From positions 204,277 to 268,276 of the forward strand of contig JACPUR010000013.1 in the NCBI GenBank assembly GCA_016192135.1: 64,000 nt of DNA, read 5' to 3'. Positions 1-9,273 of the stretch are shown one piece after another. This stretch comes from Candidatus Tectimicrobiota bacterium. GTDB taxonomy: Bacteria; UBA8248. How positions within the stretch are numbered: the stretch's first letter is position 1; every line of letters starts with the position of its first letter. The notes beneath the pieces are model-generated. The model ran no database searches, was not told where the DNA came from, and saw only the letters and a list, made by a program, of their open reading frames with translations. The position numbers and the translations under genes are program-made.

Positions 1-3000
1 AGGTCGATGTCGGCCAAGGTGAGCGTGAGGGAGTTCCCCCCAGTGGAGAGCGTCATGCCGGCCGCCACGGTGAGAGAGCCCGCCCCGTCGTTGTTGGTGT
101 CGGCGTTGCTCGACGTCGCTCCCGCCGTGGTGAGGCTGTCATTGACCGTCACGCCGCCCGCGGCGTTCAGCGTGAGCGCGCCGGCCCCGACGATGCCCCC
201 CGTCGTGGCGTCCAGGGTGAGGGCCCCGGCCGAGGTGAGGGTCACCCCCGCCGCGATCCGGAGGTCGTTGTTGGCCTCCGCTCCACCGCTATTGCTGTTG
301 TTGGCGTCCCCGTCCAGGGTGAGAGCACCCGTGTCCGTCGTCAGGCTGGCGTTGACGCTGACGCGGTCGTTGGCGTTGACCGCCAGGGTCTTGAACGTCG
401 AGGCCGTGGTCTGGAAGGTCACCGCGCCCCCCGCTGCCGTGGCGTTGAGGGTGACGGTCCCGGAGATGCCGGCGAGGCTCAGCGCGGTGATGCCGTCCAC
501 GGTGAGAGTAGTGGTGTTGGCCCCCCCGATGGTCAGTCCCGTGGCCGTGATGTTCTGAAGCTCGTCCCCCGAGATCGCGAGCCCGACCGCCGCTCCCCCG
601 AGGCTGATCGTCCCCGCCGAGGAGCGCGAGATCGTCGTGGCCGCCGCGCCGCTGTTCAGGCTCCCGGTCCCCTGGAGGTCGAGGTCGGCGACGGTGATGG
701 TCAGAGGGTTCCCCCCGGTCGAGAGCGTCATGCCGGCCGCCACGGTGAGGGTTCCCGCCCCGTCGTTGTTGGTGTCGGCGTTGACCGCCGTCGCCCCCGC
801 CGTGGTCAGGCTCTGGTTCAAAGTCACGCCGGCCAGGGCGTTCACGTTCAAAGCGCGGTTGACCGTCGAAGCTAACCCCGAAAAGGTTACCGTCCCCCCC
901 GCGCCGGTGGCGTTCAGCGTCAGCGGCCCGGTGACGGTATTGAGGTCGGCCACCGCGAGGTTGTTCACCGTCAGCCCGGTGGTGTTCGCCCCCCCGATGG
1001 TGAGCCCGCTCGCCGCCGTGATGCTCGCTAACTGCGCCTTGCTGAGGGTCATGTTCGCCCCCGCGGCGTCGCCTAGGCCGATCGTCCCCGACGAGGCGAG
1101 GGTCACGGAGCCCGCGCTGTTGAGCGTGCTGTTGAGCGCAATGTTGGTGGCTGAGATCGAGAGGTTCCCCGTGTCGGTCGTAACGCCGACGTTCATCGTG
1201 GCCGCGCCGGTGGCGTTCACCGACAGGGCGTTGAAGGTCGAGGCCGCGGTCTGGAAGGTCACCGCGCCCCCCGCCGCCGTGGCCTCGAGGGTGAGCGTGC
1301 CCGAGACATTGTTGCTGTTCGCCTCCGAGATGTTGTCCACCGTGATCGCGGTGGTGTTGGTTCCCCCGATGGTCAGCCCCGTCGCCGTGATTTTCGCCAG
1401 CTCGATCTTGTCGAGGATCAAGCCCACCGCGCCGTCACCAAGAGTGATCGTCCCCGCCGAGGAGCGGGAGATGGTGACGGAGCCCGCGCCGGTGTTCACC
1501 GTGCCCACAAGGGCGAGGTCGGCGGCGGAGATGGTGAGGGAACCGCCTCCCGGCGCGGTGAGGTTGTCGTTCAGCGTGACGATGCCCGTGGCGCTAAGGG
1601 TGTGGGCGCCTGCCCCGTCCAGGACGATGCCGCCGGTCGTGGCGTCGAGCGTGAGGGCCCCGGCCGAGGTGAGAGTGACTCCCGCCGCGATTTGGATGTC
1701 GTTGTTCGGGACCCCGGCGTTGTCCGCATTCCCGTCCAGGGTGAGGGCGCCGGTGTCCGTCGTCAGGCTGGCGTTGACGCTGACCCGGTCGTTGGCGTTG
1801 ACCGCCAGGGCGTTGAACGTCGAGGCCATCCCCGAGAAGGTCACCTGGCCGTTCGCCGCCGTGGCCTCGAGGGTGAGCGTGCCGGAGATGTTGTTGCTGT
1901 TCGCCTCCGCGACGTTGTCCACCGTGATCTTGGTGGTGTTGGTGCCGCCCAGGGTGAGGCCATTCGCCTTGATGCGCTTGAGCATGGCCCCGCTGAGGGT
2001 CATGTCCCCCCCGGCCGCCCCGAGGCCGATGGTGCCGAGGGTCGAACGCCGGATGGTGGTCGCGGCCGTCCCGCTGTCCAGGCTCACGTTGCCGTTGAGG
2101 CTGAGATTGGCCGCCGTGACGGTCAGGGTGTTGTTCCCCGTGGACAGCGATCCGTTCGGCGCCGCAACGGTGAGGGTGCCGATGCCGTCAGCGTTCGTGT
2201 CGGCGTTGACGGTGGAGGCGGCGGCCCCGGCGACGGCGTTGGAGATGGTCACGCCGTTGCGCCCGTTGAGAGTGATGCCTCCGCCGCCATTCGTGTTCAG
2301 CCCGCCGACTGTGACAGTGGCTCCGTCAATGCGGATACTGGCCCCATTGGTCCGGATGGTGTCGCCGATATTCATCGTGAAGGCGCCGGCGCCGTTGCCA
2401 TCCGCGTCCGCCGTGAAAACCACCGACGCCGTGGCCCCCAGAGCCAGCAGGTTGTCGTCGAGGTTGCTGATCGTGATGTTGTTGTTTGCTTGGAGGATAA
2501 TGGTAGCCTGAATCAGCCCTTCGAGCGCGGTTTCCGAGATGGTGTAGGGAGTTGGAGGAGTGGCAGCAAGAATGATGCCGCCTTGTGCCACTAGATCCAA
2601 GTCTTGCGCGCCGCCACCGCCGTCAACGATATTGATGTCGTCGGGATCCAGCAAAAGCGTGCCCGTCCGGCCCTTGGGCGCGCGGGTGTCCACCCATCCC
2701 CGGAAGGCGAGGTCCTGCTTGCCCGAGACCTCGACGAAGCCGCCGTCCCCGCCCGAGGGCCCGCCCCGGGCGGTGATGGAGCCGGCGAACCAGGTGGTCC
2801 CGTCGGCCCAGACGATGACCTTGCCGCCGTCGCCGAGCGTCAGGGCGTCGGCGGTGAGGGAGGCGCCGGGGGCCACGTAGGTGACGGCGGCGGTGGGGAT
2901 GGCTCCCTTGCCCTGGTAGTCGCCCCCGATGAGGGCGGTCCCGCCTCCCCCATCCCCCGAGACGTCGATGAGGGCCCCGCCGAAAAGCCCGATCCTGTTG

Positions 3001-3941
3001 CCCAGCACCTCGACCCGCCCGCCCCGCTGCCCCGCCTGCTTGCCGGAGGCGTCGAGGGCGCCCGAGACGCGGACGATGCCCTCGTCCCCGCCGGCGAGGA
3101 TGATCTCGCCGTTTCTCTGGACGGCCGTCCTGGCCTCGACGACGCCGCTCAGGTTGATGACGTTGTCGACGATGCCCTTCGCGGCCTGGGCGGTGAGGAG
3201 GATGGTGCCGCCCTCGGCGCTGATGCGCCCGGAGTGGGCGAGGAGGTCGGCGACGGGCGTCCCGTCCGGCCCCGTCATCTTCTCCAGGACCTTGCCGTCC
3301 GCGGCGAGCTGGATGAGCCGGTCCCCGTAGAGGTCGAGGGTGAAGGTGAGACCCGCCCCCAGCGCGACGCGCCCCAGGCGGGCCTCGATGACCCCGGAGT
3401 TCTCCACCCACGGCGCCACCAGGGCGACGAGGCCGCCCTCGGCCGCGGTGATGGTTCCGCGGTTGATGACGTAGCCGCCGCCCGCGCCCGGCGTCTTGAA
3501 GCTGTACCGGCCGGCCAGGAAGTCGTCGTTGCGGATGTCCGAGGTGGTGGCGACCAGGCCGTTGACGTCGATCCGCGCGGATTGCCCGAACAGGATGCCG
3601 TTGGGGTTGACGAGGAAGAGGTTGCCGTTGGCGGTGAGCCGGCCGTGAATCTCGGAGACGTTGCCTCCGGTCACGCGGTTGAGTGTGACGGAGGAGGCCG
3701 AGGGCTGCTGGAAGTCGGCGTGCTCGCCGGCGCCGATGCTGAACGAGCGCCAGTCGATGATCGCCTTCTGGGTGCCCTGAACGACGTTGAGGCGCTTAGG
3801 GGAGGGCTGCTCGATCCGGGCGGAGCCCGCGATCAGCCGCCCCCCCATGGGGTTGGCGCGTGCGGCGGGGGACGCGAGCAGGCTCGCCGCAAACACGGCG
3901 GCCCCCGCCCGCCGGGCGAGCCCGGCCCGGCGGGGGGACAT
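1..3941 (-). CDS. Two-partner-secretion exoprotein TpsA (filamentous haemagglutinin family), N-terminal about 1310 aa; partial, continues beyond window start
   Basis: Minus-strand reading frame with no stop back to position 1. ATG start is at 3941 (plus-strand CAT at 3939-3941). My own translation of the reverse complement gives MSPRRAGLARRAGAAVFAASLLASPAARA (signal peptide), followed by NPMGGRLIAGSARIEQPS...NPNGILFGQSARIDVNGLVATTSDIRN..., typical of the TPS / haemagglutination-activity secretion domain. Then more than 1000 aa of Gly/Ala/Thr/Val/Asn-rich beta-helical repeat sequence. The plus-strand ORFs 7..558, 637..2511 and 2604..3998 in the track are antisense shadows of this gene. Confidence 0.85.
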   Translation of the reverse strand, partial: MSPRRAGLARRAGAAVFAASLLASPAARANPMGGRLIAGSARIEQPSPKRLNVVQGTQKAIIDWRSFSIGAGEHADFQQPSASSVTLNRVTGGNVSEIHGRLTANGNLFLVNPNGILFGQSARIDVNGLVATTSDIRNDDFLAGRYSFKTPGAGGGYVINRGTITAAEGGLVALVAPWVENSGVIEARLGRVALGAGLTFTLDLYGDRLIQLAADGKVLEKMTGPDGTPVADLLAHSGRISAEGGTILLTAQAAKGIVDNVINLSGVVEARTAVQRNGEIILAGGDEGIVRVSGALDASGKQAGQRGGRVEVLGNRIGLFGGALIDVSGDGGGGTALIGGDYQGKGAIPTAAVTYVAPGASLTADALTLGDGGKVIVWADGTTWFAGSITARGGPSGGDGGFVEVSGKQDLAFRGWVDTRAPKGRTGTLLLDPDDINIVDGGGGAQDLDLVAQGGIILAATPPTPYTISETALEGLIQATIILQANNNITISNLDDNLLALGATASVVFTADADGNGAGAFTMNIGDTIRTNGASIRIDGATVTVGGLNTNGGGGITLNGRNGVTISNAVAGAAASTVNADTNADGIGTLTVAAPNGSLSTGNNTLTVTAANLSLNGNVSLDSGTAATTIRRSTLGTIGLGAAGGDMTLSGAMLKRIKANGLTLGGTNTTKITVDNVAEANSNNISGTLTLEATAANGQVTFSGMASTFNALAVNANDRVSVNASLTTDTGALTLDGNADNAGVPNNDIQIAAGVTLTSAGALTLDATTGGIVLDGAGAHTLSATGIVTLNDNLTAPGGGSLTISAADLALVGTVNTGAGSVTISRSSAGTITLGDGAVGLILDKIELAKITATGLTIGGTNTTAITVDNISEANSNNVSGTLTLEATAAGGAVTFQTAASTFNALSVNATGAATMNVGVTTDTGNLSISATNIALNSTLNSAGSVTLASSGTIGLGDAAGANMTLSKAQLASITAASGLTIGGANTTGLTVNNLAVADLNTVTGPLTLNATGAGGTVTFSGLASTVNRALNVNALAGVTLNQSLTTAGATAVNADTNNDGAGTLTVAAGMTLSTGGNPLTITVADLDLQGTGSLNSGAAATTISRSSAGTISLGGAAVGLAISGDELQNITATGLTIGGANTTTLTVDGITALSLAGISGTVTLNATAAGGAVTFQTTASTFKTLAVNANDRVSVNASLTTDTGALTLDGDANNSNSGGAEANNDLRIAAGVTLTSAGALTLDATTGGIVGAGALTLNAAGGVTVNDSLTTAGATSSNADTNNDGAGSLTVAAGMTLSTGGNSLTLTLADID
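28..2440 (-). repeat. Long-period near-identical tandem repeats inside the tpsA coding sequence (FHA-type beta-helical repeat blocks)
   Basis: By eye, about 395-640, about 1213-1500 and about 1810-2080 share long stretches such as tctggaaggtcaccgcgccccccgc.gccgtggc and ggtggtgttgg..cccccgatggtcag.cccgt.gccgtgat and gatcgtccccgccgaggagcg.gagat. Similarly 181-270 matches 1611-1705, and 1293-1368 matches 1881-1950. Identity is estimated at 75-90%, not computed. Confidence 0.6.
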
Positions 3942-4146
3942 GCGGGAGCGTCTCCTGGACAGCCAAAATCCGCATTCGTCCATCGTTCTCGGGCGTGAAT
4001 ACCTCTTTAAATTTTCCTGAACTGAGAATTAACATATTAATCGGCATCCTCTTGAAATACCACGAATTTTGAGGTTTTTCCGGATGATAGAGCTGTTGCG
4101 TTTTGAGAATCCGGGGAGTGATATATCTGGTATTTGCGTTTCAGAT

Positions 4147-5895
4147 TCAGAATCTCATTACGACCCCGAAAAAAAGACGGGGATCATCCCCATCGCCTCC
4201 GCGCGCCGCCACCCCCCGGGTGAGAGGAACGGCGATTTCCAGATGGCCGGAAATCATGTCGGTGATGTTGAGCCGGACTCCCCCGCCCGCCGACGCCAGC
4301 GATTCCCGCCGCCCGCCGCCGCTCGTTGCGCGGTTCCAGACGGCCCCAAAATCGTAGAAGGCGTACAACTGGACGCCCCGGGCGGCCCGAAGACCGAAGG
4401 GCTGATCAAGCCGAAGCTCCGCCTTCAGCGCGATTCCGTGGTCGCCGACAATCTCGGAGGGATCGTAAGCCCGGCCGAACTGCCCGCCCCCCACGCCGAA
4501 TTCTTCGGAGGCGAGGAGCTGGCTGCCTCCGTACTGCCCCTGAAACGACATGAAAAGCGACAATTCCGAGAACAGGTGCTGAAGACGCGACAGTTCCGCC
4601 GTCACTTTGGTGAAGTCGCTTTTCCCATTCTCCCGGGAGAGGTTCGGGGAGCCGGTTTTCGTTTCGCCAAAGATGTCCAAACCTTGGCTCAGGCCCACGT
4701 CCAGCAGGGTCACGCCGCGCAGGCGGTCGGCGAAATCGTAGGTGAAACCGAAGGTGGCGATGCGCAGGCGGTCTTCCGTCAGGCGCTCCCCCAGTATCTC
4801 GCTCTCCGACCGCCGGGCGGTGATCCCGGCCCGCATCAAGAGGTTTTGGGTGCGGGAACGAATGAAGGGCTGAATCAGGGTGAGTGAAACCGCCGTATTC
4901 CGGTTTTCGAACTCAAGCGGCTTCAGGTCATCGCCCGGCTCCGACCGGCTGTGGTTGACGGAAAAGATCGCCTTGGTGCCTTCGGCGCCCAATGGGATCT
5001 CGTGCATGAGCTGGCCGAATCGAAGTTCCTTCGGCGGCAGGGCGTGTATGAACCGCAGATCGGTTCTTTCAAACAGCCCGAAGGCCGAGTTGAAGGCAAG
5101 GCCGTAATAGAGCTGGTGGGGACCGATGAACTCGGTGCCGCGGTTGTCGAAACTGACAAACCCGTCGAAGTTATCCTGGGTGACCTCCAGGATGAGGTCG
5201 GAGGCTCCCGGCTGGGTCTCGGATGGCACGAGCACCGACCGCACGCTCACACCCGGAAGGTCGTTCGCGAGCAGAAGGTAGTGTTCCAGCTCCCCTACCC
5301 GGAGAGGGCGCGACCGCTCGATTTTGCCGGCGTAACTTCTAAGGAGAGCCGATGAGCCAAGTATCTCCCCTTTGATAATGACCTGATTGATGAAACCCTC
5401 GATCACCCTCAGCCGAACTATGCCGCCGCGGATGTGCTGGGGAGGCACGATCACCTGGGAGAGGATGTAGCCATCGTTCCGGTATTTGGCGGTGATGGCC
5501 GCGGCGATCCCGTACACGTCCGCGAGCGAAATCTCTTTTCCTAAGTGATGCTCGTAGAACCGCAGAAAATCAGAATCTTTATAGACGGTGGAGCCTTCGA
5601 CCACCACTCCGGCGAGGGCGAAGCGTATCTTCCCGGCCTCGCCCGGGGGAAGCGCCCGCTCCGCCGGCGGGACCACCGGCTCGATCGCCGATCGCGGCCT
5701 CTTGGGCGCTTCGAACCGCTCTTCGATTCGCCCAGGCTCCACAGTGGGAGGTACCGCCTGAGCGGAAGCTTCTTTCATGCCCAGCGCGGTCGAGAGCGCG
5801 ACAAGAACCGTCATCCAACAAAAAAAGCGGGTCGACCCTGTGCCAGAGCTGCGAGATTTCAGGCGGCTGGCGGTGTACAAAACGGCTCCGTACAC
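4147..5895 (-). CDS. TpsB outer-membrane transporter / haemolysin activation-secretion protein (ShlB/FhaC/HecB family) with POTRA region
   Basis: 582-aa ORF immediately upstream of tpsA on the same strand. It has an extended N-terminal signal peptide (MYGAVLYTASRLKSRSS...MTVLVALSTALGMKEASA|QA), a POTRA-like segment and a C-terminal beta-barrel ending in the aromatic residues ...FFGVVMRF. Alternative start at 5814. Confidence 0.85.
   Translation of the reverse strand: MYGAVLYTASRLKSRSSGTGSTRFFCWMTVLVALSTALGMKEASAQAVPPTVEPGRIEERFEAPKRPRSAIEPVVPPAERALPPGEAGKIRFALAGVVVEGSTVYKDSDFLRFYEHHLGKEISLADVYGIAAAITAKYRNDGYILSQVIVPPQHIRGGIVRLRVIEGFINQVIIKGEILGSSALLRSYAGKIERSRPLRVGELEHYLLLANDLPGVSVRSVLVPSETQPGASDLILEVTQDNFDGFVSFDNRGTEFIGPHQLYYGLAFNSAFGLFERTDLRFIHALPPKELRFGQLMHEIPLGAEGTKAIFSVNHSRSEPGDDLKPLEFENRNTAVSLTLIQPFIRSRTQNLLMRAGITARRSESEILGERLTEDRLRIATFGFTYDFADRLRGVTLLDVGLSQGLDIFGETKTGSPNLSRENGKSDFTKVTAELSRLQHLFSELSLFMSFQGQYGGSQLLASEEFGVGGGQFGRAYDPSEIVGDHGIALKAELRLDQPFGLRAARGVQLYAFYDFGAVWNRATSGGGRRESLASAGGGVRLNITDMISGHLEIAVPLTRGVAARGGDGDDPRLFFGVVMRF
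5871..5895. promoter_or_regulatory. Inverted repeat GGTGTAC-N11-GTACACC overlapping the annotated tpsB start codon
   Basis: Plus strand ggtgtacaaaacggctccgtacacc, with perfect 7-bp arms. Confidence 0.2.
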
Positions 5896-6146
5896 CCGGG
5901 CGGGGATTCTTGAGAAACGGCTGCTGTCCTTATTTTACGAAAGCTTAACACAACAATCCGCCTTTAGGGCGCTCCCAAGAGCCATATTTCCCCTCTTGAC
6001 ATCCTCAGTACGATCTATCGTCACGCCCCTACCGCTAGGGTGGACGCCTGCGCCGGATGCCGCCGCGGGAGATGTCATTCCCTCGCTCCTGGGATGACCG
6101 CGACAGCGATGTTCTTCCTAGATGGTCAATTGAATTCGTTCGCTTC

Positions 6147-7355
6147 CTACGGCAACTTTTGGGCCGCCGTGAGGACGTGAACCACGTCGGACGCCAAGTG
6201 AAGAAAGACGGTCATGTCACGCATGATCTTCTCGACGGGCGCATCGCGCATGACGCCCATCCCTCCGAAAATCTCCACCGCCTGCTGAGCCACCTTGATG
6301 CAGGCCTCGGTCGTGAAAACCTTCAGGAGCTGCTTCGAAGCCGAATCGAAAGCGGCTCCTTTCTCCATGCAGCCCTCGACCACGCGGAACAAATACCCCC
6401 GCCCCGCCTCAAGACGCATGTACATGTCGGCCAGCTTGAGGGCGACCCCCTGATGCCCGATGATAGGGCGGCCTCCCTGGACGCGGTTCCGCGCGTGCTC
6501 GAGGGCATGCTCGAAGGCGGCCTGCGCCATCCCAAGCATGTTTGCGGCGAGCTCGACGTCGTTGAATCCCGAGACATTCTCCTGCCGGACGCTCTTCCCC
6601 TTGTTGACTTCCCCAAGGCGGTGGGCATCGGGGATGCGGCAATTCTCGAAGATGAGCTCGGCGTTCTGATACGTCCGCCATCCGACCTTGTCGTGGGTTC
6701 GCCCAATCCGGAATCCAGGGGTATCGGCCGGGACGAAAAACATCGTGGTCCCCTTGGCCAGGGGGACTGCCGAGTCGGTCCGCGTCATGATGATATAGAG
6801 TTTAGCCACTCCGCCGTTGGCGATGAAGTGCTTCATGCCGTTCAATATCCAGTCGTTTCCTTGCCGGACGGCCGACAATTTCAAGCCCAGCTTCGGGTCG
6901 CTGGAAGGCCAGCGGTTGTCCGACCCCGCATCAGGCTCGGTGCTTCCCATCCCCAGCAAATAAGCATCGTCGTTCATGAAGGGAGGCAGGAAACGCTCCC
7001 GCTGTTCATCGTTGGCGAGTTCCGTGAGCATGGGGGTCCACTTCCAGCATTGGCTGAAAGTCTTGGCGATGCCTCCATCCCCGCGGGCGAGTTCCAGGAT
7101 GACCAGCGTTTGGCCCATCAGATCCACACCCGGGCCTCCGAACCGCTCGGGCACCGCGAGGGTGCGCAAGCCCAGGGCAGAGCCCTTCCGGATGACGTCC
7201 CAACAGATGGTCTCCCGAGGGTTGACGATGCGGTCCCTCTCGGCCGAAATGGGGCGTATCTCTTTTTCGGCGAACTCCCTCGCCAGCTGCTGCAAGGCCA
7301 AGTTTTGTCCGGAGACTTGCGCGACGGCTAGTTCCATTCGATACATCCTCCCCAA
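6147..7355 (-). CDS. Acyl-CoA dehydrogenase family protein
   Basis: 402-aa ORF with the ACAD fold pattern and high GC3. It is a paralog of 28935..30119 (shared ...FENCR.P......LG... and ...GGMG.M.). The start may be at M4 or M7 (MELAVAQ). Confidence 0.85.
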   Translation of the reverse strand: MGRMYRMELAVAQVSGQNLALQQLAREFAEKEIRPISAERDRIVNPRETICWDVIRKGSALGLRTLAVPERFGGPGVDLMGQTLVILELARGDGGIAKTFSQCWKWTPMLTELANDEQRERFLPPFMNDDAYLLGMGSTEPDAGSDNRWPSSDPKLGLKLSAVRQGNDWILNGMKHFIANGGVAKLYIIMTRTDSAVPLAKGTTMFFVPADTPGFRIGRTHDKVGWRTYQNAELIFENCRIPDAHRLGEVNKGKSVRQENVSGFNDVELAANMLGMAQAAFEHALEHARNRVQGGRPIIGHQGVALKLADMYMRLEAGRGYLFRVVEGCMEKGAAFDSASKQLLKVFTTEACIKVAQQAVEIFGGMGVMRDAPVEKIMRDMTVFLHLASDVVHVLTAAQKLP

Positions 7356-7444
7356 GAAGGCTCAACCGCGTTTTGGCGCCGTGAGTGCAGGAACCACGGC
7401 CTCATCAGGCGCAGGTTCGCCTGATTTCGGCGGGTGGCGGCGTC

Positions 7445-9175
7445 TCAGCCGCCCATGTCGTCGGGGTTGGCGATTTTTCTGATCAAAAACATGATGGCCA
7501 GCATCATGATGGTCTGAATCATGGAATAGGCGGCGATCTGGGGCGCCGGGGCATCTTGCAGGAGAAGGAAGAGGATCACGGACATCACCTCGTTCCCCTC
7601 TGAGTACAGCAGGATGGAAGCGTTCAGCTCCCGCATGAAGATGAGGAAGAGCACCATCCAGCCCGAGAGAAGGCCGGGCTTGACGAGGGGAACCAGAATG
7701 CGCCGCGCCGTGGTGAGCCAGCGGGCGCCGCAGAGCCGGGAGCTGTCCTCCAGTTCCTGCGAGAGAGAGAGAAGGATCGCGGAAACGTTTTTCACCCCCA
7801 GGGGAAGGTACCGCGTCACGTAGGCGATGAGAAGGAGCCAGATGGTGCCATAGAGAGGGGTCCGGATGTAGGCGATCAGCACGCCCATGGAGAGGAGAAT
7901 CGCCGGCATGCCGATGGGCATGGATAGAAGGAAATCCAGGACGGCTTTGGATTTTCCCTCCAGATGATGAACCGTATAGGCTAGGACGAAGCACAAGGTC
8001 ATGGCCGCCGTCGCGCCGAAGAATCCAAGAAAGAGGCTGTTGGAGATGCCCCGCTGGGTCAGGGGATAGCTGACCAGGACGTAGAAATAGTGCTCCCAGG
8101 TCAGCCGGCTCAGGTCGATCTGCCCCAGCCACGCCTCGGAGATGGAGACGATGAAAAGAGCCAGGATGGGCAAAATGACGGCCATGAGCAGATAGAGGAA
8201 CTGGAAGGTGAATGTAAGGTACTTCCATTTCCCCAGGTCGATGACCGCCGGCCGGTAGCCCTTTCCCGTGACCGTGGTGAATTCGCGGGGCAGGAGAATC
8301 TTCCGCTGCACCAGGAAGATCGCAAAAGTCGTGAAAAGGACGAACATTCCAAGGGCGGCGCCCAAATTATAGTTCGGCGTGCTCCCCTCGATGGCGCCAT
8401 AGAGGGCGGTGGCGAAGACCTCGATCCGCACCGGAATGCCCAGCGCCGCCGGCACGCTGAACAGCCCCATGCTCGTCACGAAGGTAAGGCTCAGGCCGAA
8501 AAGGATTCCGGGAAGCATGAGTGGCAACGTGACCCGAATCGTCGTCTCCAGCATGCCGGAACCGGCCGTGCGCGCCGCCTCTTCGAGAGCCGGATCCATC
8601 TTCCGGAACGAGCCCACCGTGAACAAGTACATATAGGGGGCATAGAAGAGTCCCATCACCCAGATGATTCCCGTCCTGGAGTAGATGTCGAAAGGTCCCG
8701 AGGCGAGGGCGAATAGGCCGCTCAGCCATTGGTTGAGGAGGCCCACCGAGGGCGAAGCCAGGTACATCCACGCGATGGCGCCGACGAGAGGCGAGAGGTA
8801 GAAGGGGATCAGATTAAAAGGCTCCAGTGCGCGGGCCCCGAAGGAATTGGTCCTCGCGTTGATCCAGGCCAAGGCAATCCCGAGGAAACCCGCGAGGAGG
8901 CAGGTACCGACGGAGATGAGCAATGTGTTGGCGAAGGCCATCAGAAGGCGGGGCTCGATGGCCTTGCGGTAATGCTGGAGAGTGAACCCGATCGCCTCTC
9001 CCCAATCGTCCGTCCGTTGGAAACTCCCGAGGAGCAGGGTGTAGAGCGGGTAAAGGATGAGGAAGGCGGCCAGCAGGGCGGCCAGCCCCATTCCCAGGTG
9101 GGCGAGAGACCAATCCTGCCGCCTCGGCACGAATTGGCGGAGTTCAATCACTTTCGCTGCCCAGGCCAATGCCAC
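7445..9175 (-). CDS. ABC transporter permease, fused double-domain type (Fe(III)/polyamine FbpB/AfuB-like)
   Basis: 576 aa with 12 or more hydrophobic helices and two EAA-like loops (ALEEAARTAG and LEDSSRLCGA). A paralog lies at 47357..49102. Confidence 0.8.
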   Translation of the reverse strand: MALAWAAKVIELRQFVPRRQDWSLAHLGMGLAALLAAFLILYPLYTLLLGSFQRTDDWGEAIGFTLQHYRKAIEPRLLMAFANTLLISVGTCLLAGFLGIALAWINARTNSFGARALEPFNLIPFYLSPLVGAIAWMYLASPSVGLLNQWLSGLFALASGPFDIYSRTGIIWVMGLFYAPYMYLFTVGSFRKMDPALEEAARTAGSGMLETTIRVTLPLMLPGILFGLSLTFVTSMGLFSVPAALGIPVRIEVFATALYGAIEGSTPNYNLGAALGMFVLFTTFAIFLVQRKILLPREFTTVTGKGYRPAVIDLGKWKYLTFTFQFLYLLMAVILPILALFIVSISEAWLGQIDLSRLTWEHYFYVLVSYPLTQRGISNSLFLGFFGATAAMTLCFVLAYTVHHLEGKSKAVLDFLLSMPIGMPAILLSMGVLIAYIRTPLYGTIWLLLIAYVTRYLPLGVKNVSAILLSLSQELEDSSRLCGARWLTTARRILVPLVKPGLLSGWMVLFLIFMRELNASILLYSEGNEVMSVILFLLLQDAPAPQIAAYSMIQTIMMLAIMFLIRKIANPDDMGG

Positions 9176-9273
9176 CCCCGCTCAAAGCGGCCTGAGGGAT
9201 GCCCTCGCGCCCATCCACGTCCCCGGCCCGTCCGGGAAGCCCTTGCGGGCCAAGGATGAACCTCCGCTGGCCA

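Noticed and set aside
7-3998. Plus-strand ORFs 7..558, 637..2511, 1602..2594, 2604..3998 (and minus-frame 2623..3411), with Ala/Val/Pro/Arg-rich translations
   Set aside because: They are antisense or off-frame shadows of the real minus-strand tpsA gene, the expected artefact of about 67% GC DNA. The tpsA frame gives a signal peptide and a TPS domain.
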